Below are positions 55,063 to 64,000 of a stretch of 64,000 nucleotides of DNA, piece by piece (the first letter of the stretch is position 1; each line of letters opens with the position of its first letter). Under the pieces are notes generated by a model. That model did no database searches. It was not told where the DNA came from and saw only the letters and a list, made by a program, of their open reading frames with translations. Source of the stretch: Eledone cirrhosa. Lineage: Eukaryota. The position numbers were made by a program, and so were the translations under genes. The stretch lies in assembly GCA_964016885.1 (NCBI GenBank), contig OZ024753.1:4836001-4900000 (forward strand), read 5' to 3'.

Positions 55063-57849
55063 TATATATCGCTATCTCGCTATCTCTATCTCACTCATCA
55101 CTCACTGTTGTGTGTGTTTTGAGTCTGTACGTATTGTGTATTTTGTATTTAAACACTGTAACTTTTTTATGAGAGATGTTGTAAAACTTCTTTATCTGCT
55201 CTGAAATGAAAATAAAGAAACACGCAGATATACATGTAAACGGAATATCACATGTAAATAGATAGAGACTTCCAACATTAAAAAAAACAAATGTTTCCAC
55301 AGTTATTGAATACGAAAGGAAATGAAACGAAAGTTTTTGAAATATATCCTCATAATGTCCTCAAAATTAAACCTCATACTATGAAAGACACAATAGAATA
55401 CATGTTATAGAATACGTATAGAGAAAGTAACGAAAGAACAATACAAATATTAGGTTATTTCAGTAAAGAAATCTGTTTGTGTGTATCAAAATATCGTTTA
55501 TTTATTTGGTAATTTGTATTGTTAATTCCTTTCTTTTTCTTGTTGTTCACGGGAACAAGCTGAAATGAGAAGATAAAAAGGATGTATGAAGTATAGATGT
55601 AGCGTATACTTGTAATAAGTTAGATGTCAATATTTATCGTACTACTTTTATACATACTATTAGAATTTTAATGCTAAAAGTGAAGGTACAATTCAATATC
55701 TATAAATGGTAGCTATATTTCTCGACAAATTTGTTAATAAAGCGCTCGTGTTGAAAACCGGTTACATTCATATTTAACACCAACTGGCAATTACACGTGG
55801 GCTCTATTTACTATCTTGATTTTAAAACTGATATAAAAGTATTTGCAGCTGAGATCAGGTCTATCGGGAGATTCAATGAATGGTGGTTATTTTAATGTAT
55901 TTGTCAGAACGAATAATAGCTGTTAATTGCTTGCTTTCAGCAATTCTTATAACTAGTATATTATGGTGTAAGTTCTTTAGAGTCTGATCAAATACCAATA
56001 AATTAAATGGGTTTAAAAAAAGCAGACAATAAAATTAAGAGGACATATTTTCCATTTAAGTTGTGGTGGTTGTTTTGTAAAAGATAACTTGAAAGCAGTA
56101 TGTTGAAAACTTGGAGAGTGTCTGAAAGTGAACATAAAAAAATCAAAGTTACTATTACACCGATTTTGAAACAGAAATTAAAACATTTCATCGGTATATA
56201 AAACATATTTTCGAAAACCAGAACCGAAACCTTTAGATTAACTAAATGTAAGAACTGACTACAAACTTAGTGAAATACATTGAAATGTTTGTGTAAGTTT
56301 GAGAATGTTGTTGACAATTCCAACTATACTAACATCAGTAGAAAGATCATTTAGTTAATTCTAATGTATCAAAACATTGAAATGTCTAACGTGTCTCAAA
56401 TCTGACTTCTTGATTTCAAAAACTCAAATGTTGACTCAAGCAAAGTCCTAGAAACTGGTTTCGTTAAGGTTATTAGAAATGTATCAGATAGAAAAGATAG
56501 AAAAGCTCATTTCATGAACTGAATAAGATTATCTTTGCTTTGTATAAAAAATATTGGCATCTTATCATTCTGGTACATAAGGAATTATATATATTTATAT
56601 AAATGAGTCTGTATCCATGTGCTGTCTCTGCCTGTGCTGTTTACACCACTCAAAACAGATCAACTGTTGTTTATGTCAAGTAAATTAGCAGGTCGATAAC
56701 ATTTGTGGTGGCGTCGATATTATCATATAAAAAGCCTTGAATGTTTTGAATGTTGTCCCTTAGTATGATTGCAGTCCAATGTCTGAAACTAGTAAAACAA
56801 AATATAAAAATGCGAAGAGAGATCATAGCGTACTATTGCCATCTTAGTTCTATTTAGAAGATTTAAATTCAGTTATATTAAATAATACATGGCTATAAAT
56901 TAATCCAGCATTCCTAATATGCCATTACTTCTTCTTGCGTATGAGACTGTTGTTGATTCAGGGGATTTTCGTTCGCCTGATCGAGATCAGAGATCAGTGA
57001 TCCATTTTCAGTTACTTTATCACTCGCAATAAACATGTATGAATAGAGACGCATTCCTCGAATCAGTAAAGCGACAACTAAAGTTGTAACCAGAAATTAT
57101 TTTAATAAATTCACTTTCAGAAATGATGTTTCTTAGTCATGTAATGAGGACAATCCATAAACTGTGCTTTGATAATGGTGTGCAATATGAGATGCTGTTT
57201 ATATGTTCATTCACAACTTGATATATATGTAAACTACTACAGCCCAAACAATGGTTCTTTATTATATACATACAACTGACTAAATATTTGTTTAGTGAAA
57301 GAAGTTCAGCAGCTAATGGCTATGCCCAATTTTTTTGTATTCTGGACGTTGTAAATAACAGTGAGATAGCGGTGGTGCGTTTTGCAAAGCTAAATTTAGA
57401 CTATATTCCCAAATTCTCCACTTCACCATTCCAATAAATTATTTCTTAAACACAAAAAGCATTCCGTCCTGCTAGATTATTTATTGACAAAACTGCGTTA
57501 GGATATATTCATTAATGTTAGTGAACATGTTAGATTTGATTTATCATCTATGGCTTTTTCTCAACACCCACCTCATTAATAATGATTGCAGCTTTTAAAT
57601 ACTCTTCGGGGCGTAAATGCACTTTTGCAATGGTATAAAAGTATAGACTGTGTTGTTCCAATTTCGTAGGAACAAGTTCTATATATCATTGGATTTTATT
57701 CCATTGTTGTCGGAGATAAAATGTGTTTTTGCAAATTGTTTCAAAATCACAGTCTTTGAAATTACTTTACCATATATATCATTGTTATTTCTTTTTAAAT
57801 TATATAGTAGAGAAAGCGTAGACTCCTACACAATGCAAAAACAGCTAGG

Positions 57850-58375
57850 GTTTTATATATTTATGGACCCGTAACTCGTGATGGTGTTGTACGGGTGCCA
57901 TAGTGGCATACAGCATGTCTTGGAGGAGCCCATCCCTTTCCATATCTAAGCCCATGCTTCCAGAGAGGAGGGGAAAGCCGATTACATCGATCCCAGTGCA
58001 TTACTTATTGACCCTGCAAGGGTGAAAGGCAAAGCTAACCTTCTTATCTATATTTACACTTGTTTTCATTACTAAAACTTACCAAATCTACAATTCCCAT
58101 TCCCCTCAACGGTTGTACGTTTCTCGATTTAAGAAAAGGTGGTCCCAAGACATTTCGTGTTCAATCCTTTTCAGTGTTTACAATTCAATAATACATAAGT
58201 GCGCTGGGTTGGCAGAGTCGTTAGGGTGTCGGGTACAATACTTTGCAACATTTGTTCCGGCTCTTCACGTACTGAATTCAAGCCAATAAAATATACTACC
58301 AGTAATGTATTTCGTTTATAATCGACTTTTCCCTTCATTCAAATTGCTAGCCTTGTACCAAAATTAGAAATTATG
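57850..58375. mobile_element. SINE family A-related copies (minus about 57850-58045, plus about 58200-58375)
   Basis: GACCCTGCAAGGGTGAAAGGCAAAGCTAACC; TTGGCAGAGTCGTTAG...TTGCTAGCCTTGTACCAAAATTAGAAA. Confidence 0.7.
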
Positions 58376-59171
58376 TTTAGCTGTATATCCAATATATGAG
58401 TTAAATTTGCTTTTCACAAATAGTACCGAAGCTATTGCAACCAATTTGGTACAGAGGGTAATAAAATTACCATATAATTACAAGAACTTTAATATTCCAA
58501 TGTTTTGTTTATTTTCGTTATAGTAGTTTCAGGAATGACTAAAGGAATTCATTGGTTTGTAGCCATTCATATTGATAAAGACATGACTGCAAATATAGGA
58601 ACAAGTGTTTGGTTTTTCTTTTCTTTTGTCATTTTCTTTAATTCAGACAATGTACTTTTCTATAACTCTATATACAGCAACATAGTCATAAATTGATAAA
58701 ACATGCCAGAAATTATGCCGTTTTACTATAGTATTTGGTGATATTTAAAAGTATAATTGGATAGATCAGTGGACGCAGCATGTCCGAATGGTTAATAGGT
58801 TTACTTTGCAATCATTTGGGTCTTAGGTTTTATCGTACTGTGTGACATCTTCGACTAGTGTCAATTTTATTTGGAGGGGGAATCAATTATATCGACTGAG
58901 TAGTTAACCGGTACATTATTTTATCGACTATAATCTGTTTTGTTAATGTCTTTTCAGAGAGATTCGCAGTAAATTGAAAGAAGATATTGAAAACTTCTAG
59001 GAGAAGTATCCTAAGTTTTTACCCTGTTTGGTCATAGTTCAGGTAATAATTCTTTCTTATTCGCTTTTTTTACCATATTTCTAATAAAAGACATTGCCTA
59101 TGAATTTCAAATAATTTTGAAAATATTCAAAGATTTAGAGGGATTTAATATAACTGACTTTCTCATTTTTA

Positions 59172-59405
59172 ATCCCGCCGAGGTTGACTTTGCCTTTCAT
59201 CCTTACGGGGTCGATAAAATAAAGTACCAGTAATGCACTGGGTAATTGCTGGCCTTGTGCCTAAAGTAGAAACAATTATTTTATCGACTCCCGATGTTTG
59301 AAACGAAGTTTACTTCGATGGGATTTGAACTCAAAACGTAGAGTAGAAAGTAGTAGCTACATACCGCAAAGCATGTTACCCGACCTGCTACTGACACTGC
59401 CAACA
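59172..59405. mobile_element. Young short SINE A (plus, 59172-59279) abutting an older minus-strand SINE A 5' half
   Basis: Direct comparison with 22374-22481 and 41111-41218. Confidence 0.8.
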
Positions 59406-60627
59406 TATTGGATTTTTATCGTAAATAATAATCATATACTTAGTGCATAATCTTAAAACATATTTTCTCAATTTATAATATTCACCTATCAGATAACGAA
59501 ATCATGTTTAACTTTTTTTTAATCACTGCATTCTTTGTAGACTGTACTATAATCCATTACAACTAACTTGGAATGGTAAATGATATGCTAATATAAACGT
59601 GGTTTCTAACATTACTTATCATTCTACGATTCGCTTCGTTAAAACTTTTTAATAGATTACGATTTCGACGAAACTATCATAGCAATCACTATCTCTAAAG
59701 TTAATGCGATGTAGTCCCTCGTGTGAGATTCTAATAGAAAAACATTGTTCAATTTAACAGCCTTCAACATTATAATTCTGGCATATGTTCATGTGTTGAA
59801 CTGCTACTATTCAAGCAAACCAAAAGTAACAATAAATGGAGCTAAACTTATATTTAAGAACTCGTGGAAGAAATTTAACATTACGATTGCATAGATTCTG
59901 ATGATAATCATTTTCAAATTTCTCTGACAATCATTTTAATTTCCTAGTTAGTTAGCAAAACGTTTAACAAGATGAGAAGTAAAGACATTTTTAAAAATAT
60001 GTTAATAGTATCTATTCAAAGTTACAATCAAGGTAATATTTCTTTCTTTTCTTTATTGTTCAGATGCTCTGGTATTATATAGCTACAAGGTTTCAAATTT
60101 ATGTTGAATTAAACTACAGGTGTATGTGAAGAAGTGAAAGTTAGAACAGAAACTTACCTCCTTATATGTGTGTCTTTAATTATCAAACACATACAGTTAT
60201 TATTCTCTCTATCTCATGAGACACCCACCACACTTCATACAGAACCTCTGCACTGTCACTCGACCTGAAAAGAAAATAGCGTTTAAAGCCCCTTCAAGTC
60301 AGGCCCTGTCGTTTTCCAAACGGATTCATTGACTAATAGGGCCATAGATATAAAGCATTCCGAAAAATAGAAATAAAGGTTTAAGATACTCAGAACTGAT
60401 CGAGAGCTAAACAATAACAACTCCATAGTATCAGGCAAATATATGTTAAATTTGAAGGTTATATATTTTCTAACGGAGAAATATGAGTGAAAGAAATTGA
60501 AGATTCTAGCAGTATTGTGTGTGTATATATGTGTGTCTATGATACTTGCGTGGATATCTATGTGTGTATGTGTTAGTGTGTGTGTGTAATACGCACATGA
60601 ATGTGTGTGAGTGTGTGTGTGTGGTCC

Positions 60628-60821
60628 TATAAATTTGCCTAATTATAGATTTTACAGGTAAACACTTTCCGTCTGACCGATACGAAAATCGTGAAATTCT
60701 AAATATCGGCATAAAGCAAATAAATATAATTATGGCTGTACACATTTCTCACACACACACACACACAGACACACACGTGTGTATATATGTGTGTGTGTAT
60801 GTGTGTATATGTGTGTGTATA

Positions 60822-60875
<54 letters not shown>

Positions 60876-60906
60876 GATACACTCAAACAAATTTATTTTC
60901 CTTATT

Positions 60907-60989
<83 letters not shown>

Positions 60990-61198
60990 GTGTGTGTGGT
61001 GTATGGGAATGATGTGATGGTAGTAGGGAGACACAGAGATAGTGAGCTATGTATAACGACCAGGAAAAAAGACAAACCATAGAGTTATAATTATATTTAT
61101 CTAGCTTTTGCTTTCTGCCAGTCCTCGGAATTTCACGATTTTCTATTGCTCAGACAGCGAGTGTTTACCTGTAATATATATAATTATGAAAATTTATA
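60628..61198. repeat. Diverged inverted repeats (about 110 bp) around a microsatellite-rich spacer
   Basis: 60628-60733 versus reverse complement of 61087-61198 (TTACAGGTAAACACT..GTCTGA..GAAAATCGTGAAATTC); HHR-like CTGACCGAT-ACGA-AAA-TCGT-GAAA. Confidence 0.8.
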
Positions 61199-61209
61199 TA
61201 ATCACGCAC

Positions 61210-61409
61210 GTACAAACATGTGTATATATATATATGTGTGTGCGTGTATGTGTGTGCATGCATATATCTATATGTATATATATATTTTTACATATATATA
61301 TATATATATACATATTATATATATTGGTAAACGGAATATTATATATATATAGACATATATACATATATATATATATGTATATATATATACATATATACAT
61401 ATATATATG

Positions 61410-61473
<64 letters not shown>

Positions 61474-61535
61474 AATGTATATATGTATATACATTTATAT
61501 ATAAGTATATGTATATATATATATGTATATATATA

Positions 61536-61605
<70 letters not shown>

Positions 61606-61918
61606 TATGTATATATGTATATTTCTATGTATATATATATACATATATATATGTGTGTGTGTGTGTCTGTATATATATATATATATAGTTATGTAATAAA
61701 CAACATAAGGCAATTATTCCATTTACCAGTGGTTTCTTAAAAGCAAAAAATGTTGCTTTCAATCATCAGAATGAAAAAATCCTGGTCTATTTATTAATAT
61801 TGGATTTTAAAAAACCAAAAATGCAATCTATATGAAAGTGAGGCTGGAGAAGGAAGAAGGAAAGGAAAAATAAAATAAAAACACACATGCAAACACACAC
61901 ACACACGATTATATACAT

Positions 61919-61998
<80 letters not shown>

Positions 61999-62175
61999 GT
62001 GAGGTTTTTTTTTACAAAATGAAAAATAACCGATGTGAGAAAAACCACAGACCCTCCATCTCAACTCACCTTTTGAAAAGCAGAAGAACTGCGAAACCGG
62101 TAAAGGAACCAAATAAATATATATATTTTTTTTTAAAATAAGACTTCAGTTGCATTTTCGATTTCATCCCTTTTT

Positions 62176-62246
<71 letters not shown>
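61210..62246. repeat. Multiple (TA)n tracts
   Basis: Direct reading. Confidence 0.9.
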
Positions 62247-62250
<4 letters not shown>

Positions 62251-62663
62251 CACACATACATACACACACACATATACACATATATATGTGTATATATATA
62301 CATACATATACATACATACACACATAAATATCAACATATCCATGCATACACATACATTACTTCACATATATATATATATATAGAATCTTGGGAATCATTT
62401 TTTTAAATATAGCGTTATTTATTGTCGGTTTCTCTATGGTGTATTTCAGGCAGATGCTAAAACCAGTACTAAATATGACGCCATATTAATGTTGTATAGT
62501 TTTGTTATTTCATATTAATTTTGTTTGATTCTAAGTCTGCTAATATTGTTTGTAATGTGTCATACGGTTTAGTGTGTGTGCTTGGAGCTCTTCTGTTTAA
62601 ATTTTTTTTTTTTTTTTCGTTTGGTTTACAATTTGGAAATTTACTACCTTCAAATATTTTTCG

Positions 62664-63267
62664 AAGACGCATAGATTAGTGGTTAGATCGTTGGGCTTGC
62701 AAACGTGAGGTTGTGAGTTCGATTCTGAGACCGGGTGATGCATTGTGTCTTTGTGTAAGACACTTTATTTCAAGTTGCTCCAGTTTATTCAGCTGTAGAA
62801 ATTACTTGTGGTGTCACTAGTACCAAGTTAAAACAGCCATTATCTTTTCTTTTGACAACATCATTGGCGTGGAGAGGGGAAACTGGTATGCATGGGTAAC
62901 TGCTGGTCTTCCACAAACAACCTTGCCTCGGAAGAGAACTGTCTAGGTGCATATCCCATACATATATATATATAGTGAAGGCACCTGCGTTTGAGGTTAG
63001 GGTATTCAGCTTACAATCGTGAGTTCGATTCCCGGCGGCGCGTTGTGTCGTTCAGCAAGTCATTTTATGTCAGGTTGATCCAGTCTACTCAGCTGGCAGG
63101 AATGAGTTATGCCTGTAATTCTATGGGCCAGCCTTGTCACATGTCACACTAAATGTCCCTAAAAGCTACGTTAAAGGTATGGAATCTAAGTCACTTGCAC
63201 GTTAATTTTACCAGCAGACTGTTCCGTTGATCGTATTAACTAGAACACTCGCCATCGTTACCAACGA
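62664..63267 (+). mobile_element. Two tandem tRNA-derived SINEs of a second family (B)
   Basis: A-box-like TAGTGGTTAG / GAGGTTAG and B-box GAGTTCGATTC, then a shared TTGTGTC..AAG.CA.TTTAT...GTTG.TCCAGT.TA.TCAGCTG segment; 3' parts differ. Confidence 0.75.
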
Positions 63268-63281
63268 ATATATATATATAT

Positions 63282-63503
63282 ATAGGAACGAGTAGGACCC
63301 CGACGGCTGAGCTCAAGCCGTTTCAACGGCTAATTCTGGACTTAAAAATTTTTTTTTTTTTTTTTTAGTCCAGAATTAGCCGTCGAAACGGCTTGAGCTC
63401 AGCCGTCGGGGTCCTACTCGTTCCTATTACCCACTCTACTACCCTAAGTATTGAGTACTTTGGTGCGTTATGGTCCACCTGGTTCCTTACCACATTTCCT
63501 TCG

Positions 63504-63505
<2 letters not shown>
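63282..63505 (-). mobile_element. Poly(A)-tailed retroposon 3' end with a tail-to-tail inverted 61-bp copy, inserted in (TA)n
   Basis: 63282-63342 versus 63367-63427, one mismatch; centre T-A5-T18; (TA)n on both flanks. Confidence 0.7.
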
Positions 63506-63597
<92 letters not shown>

Positions 63598-63692
63598 AAT
63601 ATAACATCCAGTTACTGTAGGTTCACCAGAGTGAGCACTCGATTCGTAGTTTCCAATAAGTATAGAGGTGTAGAACTAAGCAAAGTGTGTGT

Positions 63693-63764
<72 letters not shown>

Positions 63765-64000
63765 GTTGGAATGGAAATAGATAAATAGATAGATAGAGAG
63801 AGATGAAGGAGAGATAGATAGGAAGATGGATAGATATATAGAGAGAGAAACATTCTGAAGAAAGGTACTTTGCGCATTATGTAAATGTCAATATCTGAAA
63901 CGTAAATAACACTTTCAATCTAGTGCCGACTTGTATTGAGTAATTTATATCGGACTGAGGTTAATTTTATTTTTTCTAACAATTTTTTATTATATTTTTT

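Noticed and set aside
62664-62740. tRNA gene
   Set aside because: A/B boxes are present but no cloverleaf forms; it continues into a SINE body.

Overview
AT-rich, repeat-dominated animal DNA. The main SINE family recalls Octopus SINEs (from memory, not searched). No host protein-coding gene can be called with confidence, and most listed ORFs are translations of (TA)n/(GT)n/(GA)n tracts. Recognisable content: many tRNA-derived SINE copies, three mariner-type MITEs, a decayed R4/Dong-like LINE 5' part, an RTE LINE 3' end whose last 56 bp are amplified into a 13-copy array, a Penelope-like (PLE) GIY-YIG endonuclease fragment with an open frame, and a 200-N gap. The most striking signal is a set of non-coding fold-back (inverted-repeat) elements, mostly beside microsatellites, that carry minimal type-I hammerhead ribozyme (HHR) motifs. 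The best case is a 1.14-kb spacer-less palindrome (11704-12841) with an outward-reading HHR plus AATAAA near the end of each arm. All folds were derived by eye; repeat boundaries are approximate unless stated.
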